Shown piece by piece: positions 20,001-27,703 of a stretch of 64,000 nucleotides of DNA (the stretch's first letter is position 1; each line of letters starts with the position of its first letter). The translations under genes were made by a program, and so were the position numbers. The notes beneath the pieces are model-generated. The model worked only from the letters and a program-made list of their open reading frames with translations. It was not told the DNA's origin and ran no database searches. Origin of the DNA: Patescibacteria group bacterium (GTDB lineage: Bacteria; Patescibacteriota; Patescibacteriia; Buchananbacterales; UBA6539). Where the stretch lies: the NCBI GenBank assembly GCA_028688055.1, contig JAQTYZ010000001.1, positions 242,910-306,909 on the forward strand. Direction: 5' to 3'.

Positions 20001-22057
20001 ATTACACTCTTAATTTTGTGTCGTTAGGATTTGGCGGTGAACTGGTCCTTCATTTTAACAATTTAATTGTTAATGGTGCCGGCGACGACCTGCAATTAGT
20101 TGAATCATCATATAAGCTAGTTGGCTCAGTCTATAGTAGCCCTGACTGTAGTAGCTACCCGGAGCAGGCTCAGGTTTTTGCTTCACAGGACGGCTCAAAT
20201 TGGGTTGAATTGGGTACTAAATGTTTAGATAGTACCTTTGATCTCGCTTCATTACCGTGGGCTAGTTATGTTAAAATTGTTGATGCCTCTAATAAAAATT
20301 CAACATATTTCCCAGCCGATGCTGATGGTTTTGATGTTGACGGCATCAAGGCGCTAAATTGTTCATCAGGTTATGAGACTATTTCAACCCAGGTAACTGA
20401 TGAAGATGGTAACTATTGTTTCAGCGATATTAACCCTGGCGATTATCGCGTCCAGGAAGAAATGCAAAACGGCTGGGTTAATTCGACTCCATTTTATCAA
20501 GATGTAACCGCCGGCCGAGGCGATAGTCTGGAAGTTAACTTTGGCAATAAGACAAGTCAGCCAGTCCAACCAGGTAGTATTTGTGGGTATAAATTCGAAG
20601 ATAATAATCAGAATGGCTTATTTGATGGCAGCGAATTCGGCATTCCAGGCTGGCGAATATTTGCCACCTCAACTGACTTATTTACTGACACAATAACTAA
20701 CGATGATGGTTATTACTGCTTTAATGGTTTAAGTAATGGCATCTTTGATGTTTTTGAGGAAATTGTGTCAGGTTGGGCAACAACAACCGCTGCCACTAGC
20801 ACCATCAACCTTATTGATGTTGGTGTTAATAATATCAATTTTGGAAATTTCCGGTGTGTGGATAATGATGATGATGGATATTATATCGGTGGTGGTAATT
20901 GCGGACCGATTGACTGCAATGATGATAATTCAAACATTAACCCAGGTGCCGCTGAGGTATGTGACGAACTTGATAATAATTGCAACGCCCAGATTGATGA
21001 AGGTGGCGTCTGCGAAGAGCCGACAACCGAATGTACTTCGGGCGCTGTCCAATCATGTGGTTCAAGTGAAGTTGGCGAATGTCAATTAGGAACAAAAACT
21101 TGTGACGAAACCGGACACTGGGGATCATGCGTTGGTTCTGTTGAGCCAACCTCGGAAATCTGCGACGAAAAAGATAATAATTGTAACGGCCAAACTGATG
21201 AAGACAATATCTGCCAAGGTCCAAGCGTAACTACCACCGGAACCGGTGGTGGCGGCGGTGGTGGAATTTCCACCCTGTATATCCATAATGAAGCGCTTCA
21301 GGATGGAACCACAAATTCAATAACCATTACCTGGTTTACCAACATACCGGCCGATAGTCGAATTGTTTATGACACTGTTTCTCACCCCATACTTGGTTTT
21401 GCACCAAACTATGATTATCAGTGGTCGACAAATACGTATGATGATTCATCACTTGTTACCTTCCATACGGTTATTATCACCGGTCTCAATTCAGGCACAA
21501 CCTATTACTTCCGGCCTTTGTCAGCTGATTCTTCAAATCACGCCAACGGTATTGAATTAAGTTATTTCACCTCTAACGGCAATGACGAAAATCAGCCAGA
21601 AGGCAATCCTCCAACAAACACTAACAGTAATACTAATGCCAACACCAATACTAACCAGGGGATAGTTCTTGGAGTATCAACCGAAAATAACAGCGCCGGA
21701 AATGGCACGGTTGCTGGTGAAGAATATGTGGAGCCAACTTCATCATCAACGCCAACTACGACGCCTGAAGTTATTGAAACAGGCAAAACTGAAGAAACTC
21801 CCCAGAATTGCTCACTATACATATTAATTCTGCTACTACTTAACATTATCACGGCGGCCTTTGCTGGCTATCGTTCAAGGGATAACAAGAATAATGTTAT
21901 TAAAAATCTCTGGTGGTTAGTTGGAATACTAGCTGTTTTGCCAGTCATTATTTGGTACCCAGCCTGTTGGCTAACTTGGTGGCTTGTTATTACTCTTATT
22001 GCCTCAATTGTGGCTGTTGCAATTGGAAACGATGGTCAACAAAATCAAAACAGTTAA
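17075..22057 (+). CDS. Giant (1660 aa) cell-surface adhesin-like protein: signal peptide, Myxococcus-type Cys-rich repeats, 2 tandem PA14 domains, Cna-B-like domains, MopE-like metal-binding motifs, Fn3-like domain, NT-rich linker, C-terminal TM anchor
   Basis: Signal peptide ...SPRAAQA. Repeats CGNGxxExGEQCDDxNTxxGDGCSxxCQLE. PA14-like modules ending IYFAERHRSESAFSFNFD (two copies). Cna-B-like GDYRVQEEMQNGW. CxDxDxDG / CDExDNNCNGQxDE motifs. C-terminal hydrophobic helices after a PTNTNSNTNANTNTNQ linker. Confidence 0.85.
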   Translation: MVNKKLVKPAWNFFSWFMIVMTVVPFSAISISPRAAQASTGVVLFQDDFESGLASWTSDSGTVGTDDSSSYRRSCPGDFSSCGVDAQNDYLYFQNDAEIIKTINTTGYTDATFSYWRRGVGLSSNDRFETAWRIGTSGSWTPLESDKDSTWTKKTFVLSGSADQTAIQIRLRLTNAESSDKALFDDIQTVADDLTQPGIQITTINNGQPDDFSCPNNPPSNPITLSGSGAGSTPPGLIEQYKVQVDWGDGNVENDLGVFTPSSGHGNFTFTFTASAHSYTSSGTYTVKARLYHQAAPGNDGDADAVTTFETCATVISCGDGIKNGSEECDGTDGIGTHQSCSQDCTLVSEPYCGDSIVNGTEQCDAGPNGSDTCSTDCTTIDQQPVAVCGNGAIEDGEQCDDSNTTNGDGCSNVCQLEVLQCEEITSQENGWFGQYYNYFATDFGMNVQSIYWPDSNHGDPLSVNQAFDADWYQSNHFRFSRVDSSIDFGDNFFPFDIAPESATPDDIENGHDFHFGVHWSGIVHVDNPGEYIYTVRSDDDSWIYVDGVLINNDLQGIHAPTATSGSMLLTGDNVVDIYFAERHRSESAFSFNFDSEGVSIKPYSKDCPECGNYVTDGQEECDAGPNGSATCSVECTISICGNGRVEYGEQCDDNNTVNGDGCSNVCQLEVLQCEDIPGDNNGWFGQYYNYFATLFGMNVQDIYWPDSNHGDPLSVNQAFDADWYTAPYFRFSRIDSSINFGDNFFPFDIAPESADSDDIENGHDFHFGVHWQATAHVNTPGEYSYTMRSDDDSWVYLNGALVNDDLNGIHAPSATSGTMYLDGSDNIDIFFAERHRSQSAFSFNFDGEDVTLTPVNNQCVENPVCGNGAVEQGEQCDDGNTTSGDGCSDLCQLESITTNICGFKWNDSDGNQSFDEGESKLANWTIDLLKFGICQADDEWADDIISYTPGTRKNGTPVTVERSDASNALGVAENNYTLNFVSLGFGGELVLHFNNLIVNGAGDDLQLVESSYKLVGSVYSSPDCSSYPEQAQVFASQDGSNWVELGTKCLDSTFDLASLPWASYVKIVDASNKNSTYFPADADGFDVDGIKALNCSSGYETISTQVTDEDGNYCFSDINPGDYRVQEEMQNGWVNSTPFYQDVTAGRGDSLEVNFGNKTSQPVQPGSICGYKFEDNNQNGLFDGSEFGIPGWRIFATSTDLFTDTITNDDGYYCFNGLSNGIFDVFEEIVSGWATTTAATSTINLIDVGVNNINFGNFRCVDNDDDGYYIGGGNCGPIDCNDDNSNINPGAAEVCDELDNNCNAQIDEGGVCEEPTTECTSGAVQSCGSSEVGECQLGTKTCDETGHWGSCVGSVEPTSEICDEKDNNCNGQTDEDNICQGPSVTTTGTGGGGGGGISTLYIHNEALQDGTTNSITITWFTNIPADSRIVYDTVSHPILGFAPNYDYQWSTNTYDDSSLVTFHTVIITGLNSGTTYYFRPLSADSSNHANGIELSYFTSNGNDENQPEGNPPTNTNSNTNANTNTNQGIVLGVSTENNSAGNGTVAGEEYVEPTSSSTPTTTPEVIETGKTEETPQNCSLYILILLLLNIITAAFAGYRSRDNKNNVIKNLWWLVGILAVLPVIIWYPACWLTWWLVITLIASIVAVAIGNDGQQNQNS
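18238..19680 (+). repeat. Tandem direct duplication (2 x ~757 bp, ~85-90% nt identity) of the Cys-rich-repeat + PA14 module inside the adhesin gene
   Basis: Runs of exact identity such as AATGGCGACGGCTGTAGCAATGTCTGCCAGCTGGAAGTTTTACAGTGTGA at 18293 and 19049, and TTTACTGGCCTGATAGTAA-CACGGTGATCCATTGAGCGTTAACCAAGCTTTTGATGCCGATTGGTA. Confidence 0.85.
21610..21660 (+). repeat. Low-complexity Asn/Thr codon repeat (PTNTNSNTNANTNTNQ linker) inside the adhesin gene
   Basis: (AAC/ACT/AAT) microsatellite-like run CCAACAAACACTAACAGTAATACTAATGCCAACACCAATACTAACCAG. Confidence 0.6.
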
Positions 22058-22083
22058 TAAATCGTTGATACTAAACTAAACCA

Positions 22084-22112
22084 AAAGCCCCCGCGTTAAC
22101 GGGGGCTTTTGA
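22084..22112 (+). terminator. Rho-independent terminator after the adhesin gene
   Basis: AAAGCCCCCG-CGTTAA-CGGGGGCTTTT. Confidence 0.7.
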
Positions 22113-22152
22113 CAAAGTAGAAATCTTATGTTATAATAAAGTAAGATAATAA

Positions 22153-23364
22153 TTGCTGAACATTATGTTTAATAAAAAAAATCAGCAGAATAAAGATACA
22201 ATCAGTTTTTGGGCTAAATTTAGCCTAATTATGATTGTCCTACAAGCAATTGGTGGGGTATTAATATTTTTAATCAATCCGAAGCGCTGGCTGCGTTTTT
22301 TTAAAAAACAAAAAAAGGAGATAAATGATCTTACGGATGGTAAAGAAGGGACAAAGGATTTTCTTCTAAATTCTAGTGTATTGCTAAAGGATTTGTTCAT
22401 TCCGCATTTAGGCAATGGTCATAAACCTAAAATTTTGAGGCCAAAGAGCCTACTGACATTTGCTGTTTCGGCAATAATTATTAAAGCGGCGGTAACTGGT
22501 TTTCTGTTTTTTACTTATCCGACGCCAGCCGAATTATCAGCCATAATGACCAGCAATATGATCGCGCTGATTAATGACGCGAGAAATGATGCCGGTGCTG
22601 AGCCGTTACGAGAAAATTTGATGTTAGATGAATACGCAAAACAAAAGGGGACAGACATGATCAGTCGAGGTTATTTTGCTCATGATACGCCGGATGGAAA
22701 AAGACCATGGGAGTGGATTGATCGAACGGATTATGATTATGTTTATGCTGGTGAAAATCTGGCGATGGACTTTATCTCGGCCGAGGTTGTTCAGGACGCT
22801 TTTATGAAAAGCCCTGGCCATCGACGTAATATCTTAAATCCTAAGTATAAAGATGTTGGAATTGCGGTTTTGAATGGTAAATTAGGTGGTCATGAAACCA
22901 CTTTATTAGTCGAGTTTTTTGGTACGGAACGAAAAGATTTGTCTTCGCTGGTGGCAGTTAATAAAGCTCCATCAGCTAAGACAACCGTTACTCAACCCAA
23001 TCCTAGTACCCCCGTCCAACCAATGGTAATTTCCAATACCAACGCCAGTAATCCAAATGTCAATAATAATTTAGTACCCGAAAATGTTCAGTCGGCAAAC
23101 ACGGAGGCTCTTATTGTCGTTGCACCCAACCAATCTTCAAATTCGGACTTAATTAATTTTGTTATTGAATACTCAAATATTTTTTTCATCGCCTTTCTTA
23201 TCTTTATGTTGATATCGCTGATACTAAATATTGTTATTAAATTTAGAATTCAGCATCCGGCGTTGATTTTACAAAGCGTGGTGGTTATCGCCCTAATGGC
23301 GGCCATGGTTTTGGTCAAGTTCCATTTTGCCGAAACAATCTCACCCCATTTGCTCATTTTATAG
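22153..23364 (+). CDS. CAP/SCP (PR-1-like) domain protein with N- and C-terminal TM segments
   Basis: CAP-domain pattern: LINDARNDAGAEPL..., YFAHDTPDG, GENLAMDF, MKSPGHRRNILNPKYKDVGIAV. Confidence 0.7.
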   Translation: MLNIMFNKKNQQNKDTISFWAKFSLIMIVLQAIGGVLIFLINPKRWLRFFKKQKKEINDLTDGKEGTKDFLLNSSVLLKDLFIPHLGNGHKPKILRPKSLLTFAVSAIIIKAAVTGFLFFTYPTPAELSAIMTSNMIALINDARNDAGAEPLRENLMLDEYAKQKGTDMISRGYFAHDTPDGKRPWEWIDRTDYDYVYAGENLAMDFISAEVVQDAFMKSPGHRRNILNPKYKDVGIAVLNGKLGGHETTLLVEFFGTERKDLSSLVAVNKAPSAKTTVTQPNPSTPVQPMVISNTNASNPNVNNNLVPENVQSANTEALIVVAPNQSSNSDLINFVIEYSNIFFIAFLIFMLISLILNIVIKFRIQHPALILQSVVVIALMAAMVLVKFHFAETISPHLLIL

Positions 23365-23377
23365 AATTTAGCAGGCC

Positions 23378-23402
23378 AAACCGGCGGTCAGCCGGTTTTT
23401 TT
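23378..23402 (+). terminator. Rho-independent terminator
   Basis: AAACCGGC-GGTCA-GCCGGTTTTTTT. Confidence 0.65.
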
Positions 23403-23430
23403 GTTTGGTTTTTTGTGATATAATGTAACC

Positions 23431-24960
23431 ATGAAAACAACGAAAACAACACCATCAGAACTGACTAATTTGGAGGAAATTAAGCGTAATTTTATCACCA
23501 TTGCCTCTCATCAACTCCGAACGCCGATTTCAGCTATTCGTTGGTCACTTGATACTTTGCTTGACGGCAAAAATGGCAAATTGACAGTCAGTCAGCGCGA
23601 AGTTATTAAAGATGCCTATCAGAATAATAATTATATGGCGCGAGTTGTGACGGAACTTCTAAAAGTGTCGCGCATTGAGCAGGATGGCGTTGAGTTGCGG
23701 CCACAGGTTGTAAACTTTGTAGCAATTGTTAAAAAAGTAATTAAACAAAATAAGGATTTAGCAAAAGCGCTTAATTGCGGCATTGAATTTTCGGTGCCAC
23801 AGAGTAACTTCAAAATTAATATTGATCCGCTTCAAATTGAATCAGTGGTAAACGCTTTACTATTCAACTCATTGTCTTATAGCCGTGGTCACGGCAAAAT
23901 TAAAATATCACTCAAAAAAGATAACGAGTTTATCATTTTTAAAATTGAGGATAATGGCATCGGAATTAGCTTATCGGAACAAGCGCGAGTTTTTACTAAA
24001 TTTTTTCGAGGTAAAAATGCCCTCAAAGTACAAACCGAAGGGCTGGGGCTTGATCTTTACCTGGCCAATAAAGTTATTAAGGCCTCCGGTGGTAAAATTA
24101 ATTTTACCACTCGGGAAAATCGGGGTACCACCTTTACGGTTTATCTGCCGCTGAAACCTAATAACTCTGAATCTAAAGTACCCGAGGAACCTCAGGATAT
24201 TTTAAAAAAAGAACGAGAATTTGTTTCTTTAACAGTTCATGAATTAAAAGCGCCACTTGGGGTCAGTCGTTGGAGCCTCGAATTGTTAAAAAGTGAAAAA
24301 CCAGGTAAGCTGACCCCCGAACAGCGCGAATTAATTGATCATATCTACCGCGGCAATGAGCGACTGCTTATCTTGGTCAATGATTTGTTGAATTTAGCTA
24401 AACTTCAGCAGGGGACATTTGAAATTGATCTGAAAAAGATCAATTTGGTTGATTTAATTAGTGAGGCGATTTCAACTTTCAAACTTCAAGCTGAAAGTAA
24501 AAACATCACGATTTCTTTAGCTGGGTCGACCACAAAATTTATCGCTAAAGCTGACCCGAACCGTATGCTTCAAGTTTTTAGTAATTTGTTATCAAACGCC
24601 ATAAAATATACCCAAGTCAACGGAAAAATAGATGTTTTGTTGACCAAAAAAACCGGTAGCGAATTGCTTAAAATTAGCAGTCGCTCAAAGACCGCCGGCA
24701 TTTCAAATGTTAATAACTCTCAAGGTTATGTCGTCGTATCGGTTAAAGATAATGGAATGGGAATTTCTGAAGCAGATCAAAAAAAGATGTTTAGCCGTTT
24801 TTTCCGAAGTCGCAATGTTTTGAAGTCAAAAATAGAGGGAACGGGTCTAGGTTTATTCATTACTAAATCAATTTTAAATTTACATCAAGGGGATATTTGG
24901 TTTGATAGTCAATTAAAAAAAGGGTCAACTTTTAATTTTAGTTTGCCGTTAGCTAAATAA
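23431..24960 (+). CDS. Cytoplasmic sensor histidine kinase with two tandem HisKA-HATPase_c cores
   Basis: Two H-boxes (IASHQLRTP and VHELKAPL), each followed by N/G1/G2 ATP-lid motifs (EDNGIGIS...GLGL; KDNGMGIS...GTGLGL). No TM or sensor domain recognised. Confidence 0.8.
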   Translation: MKTTKTTPSELTNLEEIKRNFITIASHQLRTPISAIRWSLDTLLDGKNGKLTVSQREVIKDAYQNNNYMARVVTELLKVSRIEQDGVELRPQVVNFVAIVKKVIKQNKDLAKALNCGIEFSVPQSNFKINIDPLQIESVVNALLFNSLSYSRGHGKIKISLKKDNEFIIFKIEDNGIGISLSEQARVFTKFFRGKNALKVQTEGLGLDLYLANKVIKASGGKINFTTRENRGTTFTVYLPLKPNNSESKVPEEPQDILKKEREFVSLTVHELKAPLGVSRWSLELLKSEKPGKLTPEQRELIDHIYRGNERLLILVNDLLNLAKLQQGTFEIDLKKINLVDLISEAISTFKLQAESKNITISLAGSTTKFIAKADPNRMLQVFSNLLSNAIKYTQVNGKIDVLLTKKTGSELLKISSRSKTAGISNVNNSQGYVVVSVKDNGMGISEADQKKMFSRFFRSRNVLKSKIEGTGLGLFITKSILNLHQGDIWFDSQLKKGSTFNFSLPLAK

Positions 24961-24962
24961 AT

Positions 24963-25985
24963 ATGGTGAAAAAAAATAAAAAATATTTTGACGTCATTTC
25001 AATTGGTGGGGCATCTCGTGACTACACCTTTTATACTGATAAAGGAAAAATAATTTCGACGCCCCAAAACTTAACATCACAAAAAATGTTAGCCTTTGAG
25101 TACGGCGGTAAAATTCATTCACCGGAAGCCTATGTTAATTTTGGTGGTGGTGGTGCCAATACGGCCGTCTCTTTTGCCAAGTTAGGATTAAGGACGAGCA
25201 CGCTTTTAGCGGTCGGTGATGATGATTCTGGGAAGGCCATTATTGAAAATTTGAAAAAATATAAAATTGATAGCTGGCGAGTACAAATTGATAAAAAACG
25301 CTCAACTGGTTTTTCATTTCTAATATGTGTCGATCGCAAGGATCATGATCATATCGCCTTTGTCTATAGTGGCGCCAGCAAGGGATTTTTGCTGAATCCA
25401 AAAAGCACCAACGATTTGAGTTCGAGGTGGATTTATATCGCGCCGTTATCACACGAAAATGCCTCAAAAAATTTAAAAATTATTTTTGATTCGGCAAAAA
25501 AAAATAGTATGATGGTTGCTTGGAATCCCGGAACGACCCAAATTCAAACCGGCAAAAGATTAATTGGGCCATATTTAAAATATACTGATGTCTTAATATT
25601 GAATAAGGATGAAGCTATCGAGCTGGTCTTGTCCGGTGTCCGACTTGGCAGAAAAAATCCCAATCACTTAAATCGGCCCGTTTATTTACTCAATATTTTA
25701 GGTGAATGGGGGGCTAAAATAGTTGTCATTACTGACGGTAAAAAAGGCTCTTGGGCTTATGATGGAAAAAAAATCTACCATCAGAAATCAGTCAGGTCAA
25801 AAGCCATTGATACCACGGGGGCCGGTGACGCTTTTGGTTCAGGTTTTATCGCTGGCTTGATTTTAAAAAATGGGGCGCTTCAGTCTGCACTCAAGTTAGC
25901 GGCGGTAAATAGTGCCTCAGTTGTTGGTGAAATTGGTGCTCAAAATGGTCTATTGACTATTAATAAAATTAATAATAAGTTGTAA
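24963..25985 (+). CDS. PfkB-family carbohydrate kinase (ribokinase-like)
   Basis: GGGGANTAV, DTTGAGDAF motifs. Confidence 0.8.
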   Translation: MVKKNKKYFDVISIGGASRDYTFYTDKGKIISTPQNLTSQKMLAFEYGGKIHSPEAYVNFGGGGANTAVSFAKLGLRTSTLLAVGDDDSGKAIIENLKKYKIDSWRVQIDKKRSTGFSFLICVDRKDHDHIAFVYSGASKGFLLNPKSTNDLSSRWIYIAPLSHENASKNLKIIFDSAKKNSMMVAWNPGTTQIQTGKRLIGPYLKYTDVLILNKDEAIELVLSGVRLGRKNPNHLNRPVYLLNILGEWGAKIVVITDGKKGSWAYDGKKIYHQKSVRSKAIDTTGAGDAFGSGFIAGLILKNGALQSALKLAAVNSASVVGEIGAQNGLLTINKINNKL

Positions 25986-25991
25986 TTTATT

Positions 25992-26078
25992 ATGAATGAT
26001 TATCAAATGTGGTTTGTCCTTGGAGCCGTATTCATCGGCGTCGTCGCGGCTTTGATTATAAAATCAAAACTTGAATAG
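25992..26078 (+). CDS. Possible 28-aa single-TM micro-protein
   Basis: MNDYQMWFVLGAVFIGVVAALIIKSKLE; intergenic between pfkB-like and murJ; below the ORF-track size cut-off. Confidence 0.25.
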   Translation: MNDYQMWFVLGAVFIGVVAALIIKSKLE

Positions 26079-26095
26079 ATCAGCAATAAATAAAA

Positions 26096-27703
26096 ATGTT
26101 AGGTAAATTTTTTAACCGGCAGTCTCAGACAATTACGTCGGCCGCTATTGTGTTGGGAGCGGCTTCTTTGTTGTCACGGTTATTAGGCGTGCTTCGAGAC
26201 AGAATATTGGCCGGTCAGTTTGGCGCTGGTCGAGAATTAGATATGTATTATGCGGCTTTTAGAATTCCTGATTTAATATTTAATCTCTTGGTCGTCGGTG
26301 CTTTGTCAGCCGGATTGATTCCGGTTTTAACCAAATCACTGGGCAACTCCAAAAAAACCTGGGAAATTGTCAATATTTCGTTGAATGTCTTGTGTTTTGT
26401 GCTAGTTCTATTTGGCTTACTAATATTTATTTTAGCCGATTGGGTGATGAAAATTATTACCCCTGGTTTTTCTGCGCCCGACATTCACATCGCCGCTAAT
26501 TTAACCAGAATTATGATGTTAAGTCCGATGTTTTTAGGAATGTCTGGAATATTTGGCAGTGTCCTGCAGTCTTATAAACGATTTTTTTTGTATTCGATTG
26601 CGCCAATTATGTACAATATCGGAATTATGATTGGCGCTTTATTCTTGGCGGAATATTTTGGTATTTACGGTTTAGCGCTGGGAGTTGTGCTCGGAACGGT
26701 TTTGCATATGTCAATTCAACTGCCCGCTGTTGTAGCTCTAGGTTTCAAGTATCAGCCTATTTTTGACCTGACAAACACGGAGTTTAGAAAAATTGTTAAG
26801 CTAATGGTTCCTCGAACAATGGGTCTAATAATTTCCCAAGTTAATTTTTTAGTCGTTACTATCCTAGGTTCAACTCTCGCGGCGGGTAGTATCGCGATTT
26901 TCAGTTTCGCCAACAATATTCAAAGTTTTCCGCTTGGCATATTTGCTATTTCCTTTGCCGTGGCCGTGTTTCCAACGTTATCACAGCTAGCTGAACAAAA
27001 AAAGGAATTTATTAATACGCTATCTTTGGCTGTTAGACAAATTTTATTTTTAATAATTCCATCATCAGCTTTACTTATTGTCTTAAGGGCACAAGTTGTT
27101 CGGGTGGCGCTGGGAACCGGCCGCTTTGATTGGCAGGACACTGTTTTAACTTTAGAAACCGTAGCACTATTTGCCTTTAGTTTATTTGCTCAGGCCCTAG
27201 TGGCTGTTTTTGTTCGGGCCTTTTATGCTCAAAACGACAGCCGAACTCCCTTTTTTATTGGTCTTATTTCCGAAATATTTAACTTAGGGTTGGCGGTAAT
27301 GTTAATTAAAACTTCGGGCGTGGCCGGGTTGGCACTGGCTTTTTCGCTGGCCAACATTTTGAATTTGGTTTTGCTTATTTTGGCTCTGCATTATCGTATG
27401 GGTAAATTAGATGGCCATCAGGTAACTGTTTCGGTAACCAAGATTGTCATTGCAACCAGTTTATTGGTCTTAGTGGCTCAGGCGGTTAAATATCCGATGG
27501 AACAATATTTTGGCACAGTGACACTGTTTGGCGTTTTTCTTCAGGCGACCGTCGCGACCGTCGCCGGGGGCGGTACCTATCTGTTAATTTGTTTATTACT
27601 CAAAAGTGAAGAAGCGTTATTATTTATTAACTCATTTAAACGTAAATTTTTAAAGAATTCGATATTGCCCGAAGAAATAATTGAAAATGATAAATTGGTA
27701 TGA
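26096..27703 (+). CDS. murJ: Lipid II flippase MurJ (MviN)
   Basis: N-terminal LGVLRDRILAGQFGAGRELDMYYAAFRIPD signature, 14-TM MOP family. Confidence 0.9.
   Translation: MLGKFFNRQSQTITSAAIVLGAASLLSRLLGVLRDRILAGQFGAGRELDMYYAAFRIPDLIFNLLVVGALSAGLIPVLTKSLGNSKKTWEIVNISLNVLCFVLVLFGLLIFILADWVMKIITPGFSAPDIHIAANLTRIMMLSPMFLGMSGIFGSVLQSYKRFFLYSIAPIMYNIGIMIGALFLAEYFGIYGLALGVVLGTVLHMSIQLPAVVALGFKYQPIFDLTNTEFRKIVKLMVPRTMGLIISQVNFLVVTILGSTLAAGSIAIFSFANNIQSFPLGIFAISFAVAVFPTLSQLAEQKKEFINTLSLAVRQILFLIIPSSALLIVLRAQVVRVALGTGRFDWQDTVLTLETVALFAFSLFAQALVAVFVRAFYAQNDSRTPFFIGLISEIFNLGLAVMLIKTSGVAGLALAFSLANILNLVLLILALHYRMGKLDGHQVTVSVTKIVIATSLLVLVAQAVKYPMEQYFGTVTLFGVFLQATVATVAGGGTYLLICLLLKSEEALLFINSFKRKFLKNSILPEEIIENDKLV

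Noticed and set aside
17041-21852. Numerous 60-117-aa ORFs inside the adhesin gene in other frames
   Set aside because: Generated by the Gly/Asp/Asn-rich repetitive sequence; no independent support.
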